From contig JAOZHV010000044.1 in assembly GCA_026014725.1 (NCBI GenBank), positions 28,272 through 92,271 of the forward strand: DNA of 64,000 bases, written 5' to 3'. This document shows, one piece after another, positions 17,448 through 27,339 of this stretch. The position numbers were made by a program, and so were the translations under genes. Source of the DNA: Candidatus Bathyarchaeota archaeon. GTDB lineage: Archaea > Thermoproteota > Bathyarchaeia > Bathyarchaeales > Bathycorpusculaceae. Numbering within the stretch: the stretch's first letter is position 1; each line of letters opens with the position of its first letter. The notes beneath the pieces were generated by a model. It did no database searches and was not told the DNA's origin. It saw only the letters and a list, made by a program, of their open reading frames with translations.

Positions 17448-20162
17448 CTATGGTCGTTTTCTAAGAGCCAGCAGAATCAATGCGCCGATGACTATTATCA
17501 CAACTATTATTGCGATTCCCATACCAAGCACGTACATTTGAGTAGGTTCCAAACTAATCTCTGGAGGTGGCGACGCTGTTGGTGCAACAGTGGCTGCGTG
17601 GAAGTGTGCTTCAGCGCTTGATGGGTAGTATGATTCTGAACCTGCAAAAGTAGTGATTACAGTGAAGTCTCCAGGTATGTCAGGCGTCCATGTGAAAGCA
17701 AAGGTGCCGCTGCCGTCGCTTATTATTGTGCCGATGTTTCGGTAGTTGCCGTTGGAGTCTATGACGTCAATTGTGATTGGAACACCAGTAACGTTTGCTG
17801 GGCAAGGCTTCTGCATATAGACGTATTCCATCCAACCGTTCATGCTTGCATCAGATACGCATGGCAGACCATTGGGGAAGTTTGACAATACCGCATCTTG
17901 CTGAGAACCAGCGGAAATGTCAGTTATAGTACCGCTGATGGTTATTGGAGTTGCGGTTGTCACGCCAACGCTAGGTGCATTGACATTTAATTTACTTGGT
18001 CCCTTGCCGATAACATAGATTTGGTTGTCGTAATAGTTGTAGTATGCCAAATAGCCTTCAGCCTGAATCATAGTCGACGTGCCTGGGCCTCCGCTTTGAC
18101 CAGCCCACCCCAGTAGAGTCCAGATCTCCTCGCCTGTAGTTGCGTTAATACAGTAAACTTTTTCGCCCTTATAGAGTGGATAGTTAGGTGAGTGCTCGTT
18201 ATTGAAAGCATAGACTTTCCCGTCTGAAATGGCACCGATAAAGATTGGATAATAGCCCCATGCTGTTTCAATACCGCTATACGTGTTGTTGTATAACCAC
18301 AGGATTTTTCCAGTCTTTCCATCATAACAAACTATTTCTCCGCCATAGCCTTGGGTGTAAAGATTGCCATACGCTGGCCAGCCTATTGGGCCAGCTCCTA
18401 AGCCACTGCCAAAGTATGAATATGCACGCTTGTTTCCCGTTAATGGTCCCCACAGTAGATTGCCGTTGTCCAAGTTGTATCCTAACCATGACATTGTCTC
18501 CATGTCTCTCATAAAGAAGACACGATTCACAGTATCTATCGGTGCTAATGAAAACGACCTAGTAACGTCGCCTGTTGGAGCTGTGTAATTTTTAATCCAC
18601 AATAGTTGCCCTCTAGATTCGGGCTTGTCGCTTATCGCCCATATAGTATAGGGATCTGGTGTGCCAGCGCCATATGCAATAAAAGCGTTAAATGTAGAAC
18701 TTGTTCCCAGTATGATATCACCTGGAATTGCACCAACTATGATAGGTGCTGAGAGCCCTGATAAATCAGCTGTTATTGTTACGTTCCATGAATATGCATT
18801 GCTCATGTTAACTGATTTTCCGTTAGGTCTCCATTGAAAAGCGTTTGTTCCTGTTCCTCCTCCTGGGTCAACCAGCTCTAATCCGACGTTTTGGCGTGTG
18901 TTGTTCCATAAAGCAAGCCACCCTGAACGCGCGGTTCTATTATAGTTTAGTACATAACGTATGTATTCGCCCTTCGGAGTGTAATATAGTACACTTTGTT
19001 CCTGGTCGCCAGTCCGACCTGTAAAGATGGGTGCGTTGGTTTCATTAAATAGCCATTTTCCAGTGAATGCATCGTAGGCACTCCAAATGCGCACTCCTGC
19101 TTCGGTGGAAAGTGCCCAAAGTATGCCGCCGACGACGCCGTGTTGGTTTTGTGATTCATAATCAAAGAGCTGCCCAAATGCGGGCACAAGAATTGTGTTT
19201 GGCGCACCAGTCGAAGTATTTCCAGTAGTGTATGCGATGTCGTCCCTATGCCACATCACTTTGCCCGTTCTCAAGTCTAAACAAGTGTATCCGCCGCCAG
19301 TGTTTGAGTGACCTAGAGGTTCAGCATAGTATAGCCTTCCAAACATTATCATTGCGTTGGTGAATCTGCCCTCATACGAACCGCCTGAATAAAAGCCTAC
19401 GTCTGGACCTATGCCTGGAATGTCGCCGGTTCCTCCAACAATTCCTCCAGTCTCTATTGGACGTGTCCACATTATGTGCGGACTATTGGGGGCTGTGCCG
19501 TATTTCTGCCAAAGATTCGCGTACCCGCCGATATGGCTTCCTCCTAGCCAGTTGGATGCGATAGTTGCCCAAGCACTGTTTTGTCCTTCAATTGGTCGTG
19601 TCCAGTACTCCGTTGGAAGCGGTGTGTCAGGAATTTTCGGTATCTGTTCTTCCTGTACTGTGAGGTATTCTGTTGCGGTGCTGCCTAGAAATGTATCGTT
19701 TACCCACTGGTCTCCGCCTCTTGCCAACAAGTCAGGCAGGTTGGCGGGCAATCCAGTAGGACCAGTAAGAGACATCACTTGTCCAGGGTAATTAAGGAAG
19801 AATCTGTATTCGCCTACTTGGTTAGGCGTGTAGGTAGTATAAGCTACTCCTGTTGGGTCAGAATAAAATGGTCCAAGCGTTTCATTGGCGTCGTCAGGCT
19901 TGGTGATCGTGATTGTCATGTCGCGCCATCGGTCACCTCCGAGACCTGTTGCTGTGGGAGGATTGGGTGAAACCCAAAACACTACGATTACTTGTTGCCC
20001 TACGCCAACAGGGTTGGGTGATAGCGCAATATATGCATAAGTGTGTACAGTCCGCGGAGGAGTATGCGCATTAGCAGGAATCAGCATGATTGAAGCTGCC
20101 ATCGAAAGCATGAGCAGAATAATAGTTGCGATTGCTACGCTCTTATTTCTAGTTATAAGCAT
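17448..20162 (-). CDS. Secreted, C-terminally anchored PQQ-binding-like beta-propeller protein
   Basis: Signal peptide from MLITRNK; PLPTEYWTRPI, YEGRF, NEHSP, IYVIGKGPS motifs; TM plus RKRP. Paralog of 3182-5728. Confidence 0.85.
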   Translation of the reverse strand: MLITRNKSVAIATIILLMLSMAASIMLIPANAHTPPRTVHTYAYIALSPNPVGVGQQVIVVFWVSPNPPTATGLGGDRWRDMTITITKPDDANETLGPFYSDPTGVAYTTYTPNQVGEYRFFLNYPGQVMSLTGPTGLPANLPDLLARGGDQWVNDTFLGSTATEYLTVQEEQIPKIPDTPLPTEYWTRPIEGQNSAWATIASNWLGGSHIGGYANLWQKYGTAPNSPHIMWTRPIETGGIVGGTGDIPGIGPDVGFYSGGSYEGRFTNAMIMFGRLYYAEPLGHSNTGGGYTCLDLRTGKVMWHRDDIAYTTGNTSTGAPNTILVPAFGQLFDYESQNQHGVVGGILWALSTEAGVRIWSAYDAFTGKWLFNETNAPIFTGRTGDQEQSVLYYTPKGEYIRYVLNYNRTARSGWLALWNNTRQNVGLELVDPGGGTGTNAFQWRPNGKSVNMSNAYSWNVTITADLSGLSAPIIVGAIPGDIILGTSSTFNAFIAYGAGTPDPYTIWAISDKPESRGQLLWIKNYTAPTGDVTRSFSLAPIDTVNRVFFMRDMETMSWLGYNLDNGNLLWGPLTGNKRAYSYFGSGLGAGPIGWPAYGNLYTQGYGGEIVCYDGKTGKILWLYNNTYSGIETAWGYYPIFIGAISDGKVYAFNNEHSPNYPLYKGEKVYCINATTGEEIWTLLGWAGQSGGPGTSTMIQAEGYLAYYNYYDNQIYVIGKGPSKLNVNAPSVGVTTATPITISGTITDISAGSQQDAVLSNFPNGLPCVSDASMNGWMEYVYMQKPCPANVTGVPITIDVIDSNGNYRNIGTIISDGSGTFAFTWTPDIPGDFTVITTFAGSESYYPSSAEAHFHAATVAPTASPPPEISLEPTQMYVLGMGIAIIVVIIVIGALILLALRKRP

Positions 20163-20464
20163 TTTCTTTTCTCCCAAATTATAAAGGCTCAAAGAGTAAA
20201 ATATCAAAAGAATAATACTCTAAAAACCCATTTTTAATTGGGTCGGTTTCACTATAAATAACTTTTGGTAGCGGTAAGCTCAACAAGAAATATGGTGCTA
20301 ACGCACTATTTTTTCGTTCTTTTGTTTAACACATTATTTCAGTTAGAATTGAAATGTTGGCTGAATTCAGGAAACTTCCATATCCTTCTGTTAGCTTGTG
20401 CAATATGATGATTTGGCACGGATTAAAAAGGTTAAGATAGCTCGTGCAACGGATATATCCCTTC

Positions 20465-20584
20465 GCTGGAACACGCACGCATGCGTCGGTTTTTCCGTAG
20501 GGAAGCTAAACATCAACCGTGCTAAGTCACGTTGCAGTTTAGATGTACTCGGTGCAAGAAACTGTTAAGCCTTATCAAACAAAT
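20465..20584 (-). pseudogene. Decayed duplicate of larA promoter and 5' end (direct repeat copy 2)
   Basis: Matches 17199-17319; the start codon has become ACG and the Trp5 codon TAG. Confidence 0.9.
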
Positions 20585-20625
20585 ATCGAATTGATTGTAA
20601 TTTTAGCTTTAAGCGCTTTGATGAT

Positions 20626-20793
20626 TTACGCAACCAGCCGATAACCCAAACGCCTACAACTTGCTAGGTCTTTTCGGTTTACGTCTACAAACCAACTGTT
20701 GCGCGCTCAACACGGGAATGGCCTGAATTGAACTTTGCGAATTAGAACTTGTTTTTTCAGGCAGCACGTAAATCCAAACTCGCCTTGCTTCAT
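20626..20793 (-). other. Possible small Cys-rich ORF interrupted by an in-frame TGA
   Basis: GGAGAAAA-ATG; translates as MKQGEFGFTCCLKKQVLIRKVQFRPFPC*ARNSWFVDVNRKDLASCRRLGYRLVA*. Confidence 0.35.
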
Positions 20794-21061
20794 TTTTCTC
20801 CACTAAAGCACTAATTTCAGTCACGGCTAAGCCTCACAGCACATGTATTTGCTGTTCACGGAATAACACTTCCTAACATTCACATATACACAAAAATGAC
20901 ATGCGACCGCAAAAAAGCACGTGCCCGTAACCAAGAAACCATCAAAAACAACAAATCCCAAAACAAAACATGGCAAAAACAAATCAATAAACCCAAACTG
21001 CCGAACATATATATGTCGATAATAAAAAAACTTATTAATAATTTACAAACGTAACAAAACC

Positions 21062-21271
21062 ATGCGTAAAAAACCCAAAAAAATCCCCACTCTCTTTATG
21101 TTGCCGCTTGCAGCGGCGCTATTCCTGATTGGCTGGATAATGTCCTATACAGGCGCAAACAAAGCGGAACGCAAAACAAAGCAAATTCAGGTGCAAAACA
21201 ATAAACTTTACATCGGTGTTCTCCTCCCCGAGCAGCAAGAATTAAGACAAGCTGCAAAAGCGGGCTCCTAA
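21062..21271 (+). CDS. Small single-TM hypothetical protein
   Basis: Basic N-terminus plus hydrophobic helix (LFLIGWIMSYTG); AT-rich promoter-like region upstream. Confidence 0.6.
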   Translation: MRKKPKKIPTLFMLPLAAALFLIGWIMSYTGANKAERKTKQIQVQNNKLYIGVLLPEQQELRQAAKAGS

Positions 21272-21353
21272 AAAACAAAACTAATGCTCAAGCAGGCTGC
21301 GTAGCAACAAAAACTAGAATTAAAAATCAAAAAATAGAAATCGGTATACGAGA

Positions 21354-21710
21354 TTAAGCCGAGTAAACAAACGGCTTGCTTCTTGGGGCAAAATTACAAT
21401 TAAATTTCACGCAACTTTTGCTCTTTTCGCTGAGCATGCCGAGTACTTGCTGTTGCATTTCCATGAATTCTAATCCTTTCTCCGTGGGTTTATACACCAT
21501 GCGTCCCTCTTCTGATGTAACCTCAATTAGGTCGTGATTCAGCAAAAACTCTAAGTATTCGTTTAGCTGGCTGAAGCTAAGGTTAGCCCTGAACATTATG
21601 TGAGTTTTGGAAACGCCTTTCTTGGCAATACCGATTATGTCCATCATTATGACGAGTTTGTCTCGACGTTTTACTTTGTTATCCATCAATTCTAGAGTCA
21701 TTTTAACCAT
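21354..21710 (-). CDS. Winged helix-turn-helix regulator (HTH_45-like)
   Basis: RRDKLVIMMDII...KTHIMFRANLSFSQLNEYLEFL...YKPTEKG pattern; divergent from the pilin-like gene. Confidence 0.88.
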   Translation of the reverse strand: MVKMTLELMDNKVKRRDKLVIMMDIIGIAKKGVSKTHIMFRANLSFSQLNEYLEFLLNHDLIEVTSEEGRMVYKPTEKGLEFMEMQQQVLGMLSEKSKSCVKFNCNFAPRSKPFVYSA

Positions 21711-21994
21711 CTTTTCTAGAGTTAAGTTCTATTATTAAACCCTGCCTCACCTGTTATAAGTCATGCTTCACACATCTTAATATATCGCGAATCGATACAA
21801 GCGCCAACCAAATGCCCAGAAAATAGCGTGAAAAACCAAAAGAACCGTAAAAATGGCTCAGAGTCTCCTGTGCATGCAAGGATATAACTTCTATATACTC
21901 TTAAATACCCCCGCCCAAACAATTACAAATCGAGAAAGGAGAGAACGCTAACTTCTAGCGCATGCTCCAAAACAAACAAGGAAAGGAAGAAAAA

Positions 21995-24556
21995 TTGAGA
22001 AAAATAACTAAAATCAGACGCTCCATTAGAGCAGTCTCACCAGTAATTTCCGTACTACTTATGATTGCAATAGCTGTCATAGCCTCACTCATAGCATACG
22101 CGTGGGTTATGGGCTACATTGGCGGCAGAACCGACCAAGCAGGCAACCAAATCCAAATACAAAGTTACAAAGCAGGAACCAACCTGATCTACGTGCAAAA
22201 CACGGGCCAAGGAACAGTCCATCTCAATCCAACCAGTAGCGTATACATCAACGACGTTTTGAAAAACATAGAAAAGGTTGACGGCGAAGACGTTGATCAA
22301 GTTAAGAACTCTAAAGGATACATTCCAATAAACAAGGGACAAACTAGAGAACTCCAAATAAATTACAATATACTGCCAGGTGACAAAATCAAAATAGTGA
22401 CAGTCGAAGGCACATGGATGGAAGTCACAGGCACAAACCAACCAGGCACATCACAAACAAATCCGACACCAACAGCCTCGCCAAGTCCGTCACCATCAGC
22501 ATCACCTAGTCCAAGTCCTTCACCGAGTCCAAGCCCAAGTCCATCACCTAGTCCAAGTCCTTCACCTTCACCGACCCCCACACCGGAATATCCATTAACA
22601 ATAATCATAGACCCTGTCGACAGTGGAACCGTGACCAAGAATCCAAATCAAGCAACATACCTCCTTGGCGCTAATGTCCAGTTAACAGCTAATGCAGCTG
22701 AAGGCTGGACTTTTGACCACTGGAGCGGTGATGCTTCTGGTTCAGCAATCACAACAACAATAACCATTGATGCCAACCCAGTCGTTACTGCAACCTTTGT
22801 AAGACAAGAATACCAAGTGACTTTCGGTAGTAGTGGTCTTGGAGGCGATGCCACTGGCAACCTTGTCTCTTACTCAGTCTCTGGTGGTGGCCCATCTGGC
22901 ACATTTGGTGTTGCAGGCGGGTCTATCACGGTCTACAGTGGTGAAACCGTTTCCTACACCTTTGTTGATCCAGTAACAAGCAGTGCAGGCGGCAAACGAT
23001 ACTCAATAAATGGTCCAGTTTCAGGCGCAGTGACTGTAACTTCAACAACTACAATAACACGTAGTTACCAGACTCAATACTATTTGACTGTAACTTCAGC
23101 TCACGGCACAGTAGGCGGTCAAGGCTGGTATAACAGTGGAACAACCGCTTACGCAACGCTAAATACTGGAACAGTTTCAGGCGGCACAGGAGTCCAATAC
23201 GTATTCACTAACTGGGGAACTGACGCTTCAGGCACAAACTACGCCCAAAGCAACGGCATAGCTATGGATGGTCCAAAGACTGCATCTGCAAACTGGAAGA
23301 CGCAGTGTTACTTGACTGTTACTTCAGCCCATGGTACACCCAGCGGTCAAGGCTGGTATGATAGTGGTGCTACAGCTTATGCATCGCTAGATTCGGGAAC
23401 CGTTTCAGGCGGTACTGGGGTTCAGTATGTGTTCACTAGTTGGGGTACTGACGCTTCGGGCACAAATTATGCTCAAAGCAGCGGTATAACTATGGATGGT
23501 CCAAAGACTGCATTTGCAAACTGGAAGACCCAATACTACATAGCATTCTCTGTTACGGGAAGTGGAACAACTAATGCCACAGGCTGGTACGACGAAGGCG
23601 ACAACAGAGTGGTCGCAACCGCTAACTCAGGGTACAGTTTCTCATCATGGACATTCAACGGAGCAATCCAAATAACCCCATCGACAGCGTCACCAGCAAC
23701 AGCGACAATCAACGGCCCAGGAACAATAACAGCAAACTTCATTCAATCAACAGGCAACAAACTGGTGTTTATTAATGGCACAAGCCAAACTCTAGTGGTC
23801 TATGAGCCATCAGGAAGAATAAGAATTCAACGCCAAAACTCAGCAGGCACCCCAATAACAAGTGGTACTACCTATGTTTACTTAGCTACATCTTCCAGCG
23901 GTGGAAAGTTCTATTCCAACGCAGCATGCACAAACCAAATAACTTCGTGGATAGCAATAAGCTATCCTAACAGCTACATAGATGTCTACTACAGAGACTC
24001 AAACACAGGAACACCGACCATAACAGCCACAGCAACAAACTATCGGTCAGTAAGCACAACATTCACAATTAATCCAGCAACACCTGAAGTTAAACTCACC
24101 ACAGGTTTCGACGGTACACCATGGGATTCCGAATGGAGATCTTGGCCTAATCCACCGTGGAATTACAACACTGAACAATACTATAGTTCACCAAACTCAG
24201 CATCATCTGTAAGCAGTAACCAAGGAGCATTCTCAAGCAACAAGGTAGACGCAACAGGCGCAGCATACATAACAGTGTCCTTCTACTTCAGAATAACTGG
24301 CACAAATCCAACAAACTTCCAAATACGCTGGGGCGCAACACAAACAGACGACTACAACAGTATAACTTGGAATAATCTAGGCGTAAACCTAGGTGATCGC
24401 AATGTCTACGCGGCTAACACATGGCACTACTTCTCAATAAACATCACGGACACATCAGCTTTCACTAGCTACTTCAGATTCCAATTCTTAAGCCAAAGTT
24501 TGCCATCAAATGCGCAAGTCTGGGTTGACAACGTACAAATCATAGTCAACAAGTAA
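21995..24556 (+). CDS. Large archaeal type IV pilin-like adhesin (class III signal peptide, PS linker, Ig/InlB-B-like repeats)
   Basis: RSIRA/VSPVISVLLMIAIAV prepilin motif; (SP)n linker; GWTFDHWSGD-type repeats; C-terminal beta-sandwich ending WVDNVQI. Confidence 0.85.
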   Translation: MRKITKIRRSIRAVSPVISVLLMIAIAVIASLIAYAWVMGYIGGRTDQAGNQIQIQSYKAGTNLIYVQNTGQGTVHLNPTSSVYINDVLKNIEKVDGEDVDQVKNSKGYIPINKGQTRELQINYNILPGDKIKIVTVEGTWMEVTGTNQPGTSQTNPTPTASPSPSPSASPSPSPSPSPSPSPSPSPSPSPSPTPTPEYPLTIIIDPVDSGTVTKNPNQATYLLGANVQLTANAAEGWTFDHWSGDASGSAITTTITIDANPVVTATFVRQEYQVTFGSSGLGGDATGNLVSYSVSGGGPSGTFGVAGGSITVYSGETVSYTFVDPVTSSAGGKRYSINGPVSGAVTVTSTTTITRSYQTQYYLTVTSAHGTVGGQGWYNSGTTAYATLNTGTVSGGTGVQYVFTNWGTDASGTNYAQSNGIAMDGPKTASANWKTQCYLTVTSAHGTPSGQGWYDSGATAYASLDSGTVSGGTGVQYVFTSWGTDASGTNYAQSSGITMDGPKTAFANWKTQYYIAFSVTGSGTTNATGWYDEGDNRVVATANSGYSFSSWTFNGAIQITPSTASPATATINGPGTITANFIQSTGNKLVFINGTSQTLVVYEPSGRIRIQRQNSAGTPITSGTTYVYLATSSSGGKFYSNAACTNQITSWIAISYPNSYIDVYYRDSNTGTPTITATATNYRSVSTTFTINPATPEVKLTTGFDGTPWDSEWRSWPNPPWNYNTEQYYSSPNSASSVSSNQGAFSSNKVDATGAAYITVSFYFRITGTNPTNFQIRWGATQTDDYNSITWNNLGVNLGDRNVYAANTWHYFSINITDTSAFTSYFRFQFLSQSLPSNAQVWVDNVQIIVNK
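23074..23530 (+). repeat. Intragenic tandem duplication, 2 x 228 bp (76 aa)
   Basis: QxYLTVTSAHGT..QGWY.SG.TAYA.L..GTVSGGTGVQYVFT.WGTDASGTNYAQS...MDGPKTA.ANWKT occurs twice. Confidence 0.9.
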
Positions 24557-24639
24557 ACCACACTCTTTTTTTATTTTTCTTGTTTCGCAAAATTAAATAG
24601 TCAAAGAATCAATCTCAATATAGTACGAGGAGTAGCTAA

Positions 24640-25356
24640 ATGAACAGTAAAATAACAATGGCAGTCCTCATTTTGGCAATCTTGATGAGTGTACCAACAA
24701 TTACAGCTCAAAATGCACTTCCTGGGGTAATTGAAGGAGACATATTTGAATACGACTATCATGCGACTTGGAACTCAACTGATCCAAATGCTCAACCAAC
24801 AGCCAACGTCGCTAAAAAAATGCAGATTCAAAGTTTTCAAATTCAAATAATGAACGTTACGGGAACGATAATTGATGGTCAAATAACAATTAGATACAAA
24901 AATGAAACAACAAAAACAGAAACAGGTTACCTTGACATTCAAACGGGTTCAATTCACATGTCCTTCGGGACTCTTATAATCCCAGCGAATCTGACTGTGA
25001 ATGAGCCAATCTATCCTACCTGGGATCAAGATACCATAAACGAGACGGTTACGAGAACTTATCAAACTGGTAACAGGGAAACAAACAAACGTTTAGTTGA
25101 AGTAACATCTGAGTATAGCTGCGAAAAAACTGAAGTTTACTATGACAAAATCAAAGGCATAGTGGTAGACTCATACTATGAAAGCAGGGACATGTATGGG
25201 GGGTACACGGAAATCTTTACAGAAACCATCACAAACACGAACTCGGATGTTTGGACTATTCCTGAATTGTCAACGCTTCTAATTCCGCTGTCTCTGTTTG
25301 TGGCTACTGCCGCGTTGTTGGTTGCTAAGGCTGCAAAGAAGCGCCGTAACCTCTAA
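24640..25356 (+). CDS. Exported protein with PEF-CTERM-like sorting signal
   Basis: Signal peptide; C-terminal IPEL, TM helix and KKRR tail. Confidence 0.75.
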   Translation: MNSKITMAVLILAILMSVPTITAQNALPGVIEGDIFEYDYHATWNSTDPNAQPTANVAKKMQIQSFQIQIMNVTGTIIDGQITIRYKNETTKTETGYLDIQTGSIHMSFGTLIIPANLTVNEPIYPTWDQDTINETVTRTYQTGNRETNKRLVEVTSEYSCEKTEVYYDKIKGIVVDSYYESRDMYGGYTEIFTETITNTNSDVWTIPELSTLLIPLSLFVATAALLVAKAAKKRRNL

Positions 25357-25428
25357 CTTTTCTGTTAATTAGGTAGCTTTTTTGTTTAATTTTTCTTAGT
25401 TGTGCCTAAAACGATGGGAAACGCCCAG

Positions 25429-25481
25429 CATATTTGGATGCTATTAGGATATCTATGCAGAAACCTATAGGGGATTAGGTT
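25429..25481 (+). repeat. Element part A
   Basis: CATATTTGGATGCTATTAGGATATCTATGCAGAAACCTATAGGGGATTAGGT. Confidence 0.85.
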
Positions 25482-25552
25482 GCCTCGAACCTGTTTGTTC
25501 ATAAACGATTATCTCTGTGCGACCCCGACACGCAAAAACCAAACCTCAAAAA

Positions 25553-25801
25553 TTAAGTGCTGATGAGTTTACGTATTTCAGCTATCCGTCTTGGGTTGAG
25601 GGAAACTTCTAAACCGTAACTTGTTATTTTGGGCAGGACATAGCCCTTGCGGATAAGTTTGTCTAGCGCCTTTTTTACGTCTCCCCGCAGATGCTTAGGA
25701 AAGCCTTTGGGGATGTTGTCCTCGCTTGTATGCTTTTCCCCAATAAGATTATGCTCGTACATCTTTTGAAGAATAGCGATTTCAAGCCTTGTAGCATTCA
25801 C
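25553..25801 (-). CDS. Small basic wHTH-like hypothetical protein (IGxKHT...PKGFPKH...SLNP type)
   Basis: 82 aa; GAGGGG upstream; resembles a small uncharacterised archaeal family (from recall, not searched). Confidence 0.7.
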   Translation of the reverse strand: MNATRLEIAILQKMYEHNLIGEKHTSEDNIPKGFPKHLRGDVKKALDKLIRKGYVLPKITSYGLEVSLNPRRIAEIRKLIST

Positions 25802-25930
25802 AAGTCAACCCCTCTATGACTTCTTTGGCAACTTGGTTAGTGCTCACATGCTATTAAGGCATTATGACTAAGAAGTCATCACCTATTGACAAAGAAACAT
25901 TAATAAGCAATTTAAACAATAATGATAAAC

Positions 25931-26311
25931 ATGCCAAAAAAACTTGCAGAACAAAACCCTGCCCCACTAGAAAGACTATTCAACTCATCAACCGCACGCA
26001 TACTAGACTTCTTCACACTATACACAGAATGGGATTACTCAAAAACAGACATAGCCCAAAACGCAGAAGTCAGCATACGCACAATCATAAGAGCAATCCC
26101 CTACCTAGAAAAACACCAACTAATCAAGCGCACCCGAACTGTGGGCAAAGCAGAAATGTACCAAACCAACAAAGACAGCCCAATAATCCAGCACCTGCAA
26201 AAAATCAAAAGACTAATCGCGGACATAGACATCGACAAAGAACTAGAAAAACAAGGCTACACTGCAAACCAAAAAACAACCATCAAGCAAACCCAGCCAA
26301 TATCCGCCTAA
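25931..26311 (+). CDS. Winged helix-turn-helix protein
   Basis: ARILDFF...DYSKTDIAQNAEVSIRT...L.KHQLIKRTRTVGKAEMYQTN pattern. Confidence 0.8.
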   Translation: MPKKLAEQNPAPLERLFNSSTARILDFFTLYTEWDYSKTDIAQNAEVSIRTIIRAIPYLEKHQLIKRTRTVGKAEMYQTNKDSPIIQHLQKIKRLIADIDIDKELEKQGYTANQKTTIKQTQPISA

Positions 26312-26592
26312 CAACCGGTGCATTTTATAGGCCATAACGGCAACAAGTAAACAAACCTCAATCGTATAACAAGAAAATAAAAGGCGCAAAACCATGAAAA
26401 ACCTCTTGAAACAGAAAACGAAAAACGCAAACAAGAGGAGAACCCAAATTTAAATTTTCATATTCAGTCAGTGAATTATTCAGTAAGTGAATCTAAACGC
26501 GATTCATCATTCAAACGACAAGAACACTTTGCTTTTGAAATACGATATTGACGATTTTTAGGACAAATTTATTACAAAAACGTCATCGACGA

Positions 26593-26671
26593 CTTTTCAA
26601 CGTCAAAGCATGCTAAAAAATCCGCCTTTATATAGGGGGATAGGGTCTACTGGCAGAGCAACAGAACTTTC
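26593..26671 (+). repeat. Element part B
   Basis: CTTTTCAACGTCAAAGCATGCTAAAAAATCCGCCTTTATATAGGGGGATAGGGTCTACTGGCAGAGCAACAGAACTTTC; aligns with the reverse complement of 2531-2611. Confidence 0.88.
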
Positions 26672-26829
26672 GCGGCGCAGCGTTAAACCGCCTATAAATA
26701 AGGGGGCTATAGGAAAAAACCGCAATAGCCCTCTTGGCTTAATTTAGCCATCGCTGCAACTTGCTAGCTTCAAGTTAGTAATGCTTTTATGCATTTGACA
26801 GCTTTAGGCTGTTTTGAGCGTGTAAAAAC

Positions 26830-27339
26830 ATGAAACTACGAACCATAAAACTAACTCCTGAATTCCTCGTCGAACTCTTAAAAGGCAAAGCCGCCCCTTT
26901 CACTTCCAACTTGCCAAATGACGCAGAACTTTTAGATTTAAAACTTGACCTGTTCACAAAACAAGTGCTTGCAGTAGTTCGCAGCGAGAGTTTTGAGGAC
27001 GTCGCCGAGGGCTTTCCCATTCCAGAATTCACCTTCACCACCAAGAAAAGCATGGCAAAAGAGGTTGCACAGCCTGCGGTGACGGTTGCTCCTGAACCGT
27101 TGCCTTTGGTTGCAAAGCAAGCGCCGCCGCCAGCCAGCGATGCCGCTTTGGGTGTTGCTAACGAGTTTAGTCCTGAGCAGCGTAAACTGCTAAGTTTCTC
27201 AGTTAGAGACGATTGCGTAGTTATCAAGCCAATGCAGTTTCTCAAGGCAGAATGGGAAGACATCAACGAAGTTGTCAAAAGCATAGGCGGCAGATGGGTA
27301 AAAGGCGACATCGTCAGCTACTGGGAAGTGTCGATTTAG
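26830..27339 (+). CDS. Hypothetical protein (two small domains, Pro/Ala linker)
   Basis: 169 aa ORF with ATG start and typical codon usage; C-terminal GGRWVKG...YWEV. Confidence 0.7.
   Translation: MKLRTIKLTPEFLVELLKGKAAPFTSNLPNDAELLDLKLDLFTKQVLAVVRSESFEDVAEGFPIPEFTFTTKKSMAKEVAQPAVTVAPEPLPLVAKQAPPPASDAALGVANEFSPEQRKLLSFSVRDDCVVIKPMQFLKAEWEDINEVVKSIGGRWVKGDIVSYWEVSI

Noticed and set aside
20626..20793. Firm selenoprotein call
   Set aside because: No recognisable SECIS and no Sec machinery in the window; kept only as a low-confidence observation.
17199..23530. Diversity-generating retroelement TR/VR pairs (larA repeat, pilin 228-bp repeat)
   Set aside because: Differences are not confined to adenines and no reverse transcriptase is present.
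26620..26650. Part B as a simple sense promoter (TTTATATA)
   Set aside because: Two of the four B copies point into the 3' ends of convergent genes, so an ordinary promoter role does not explain the family.
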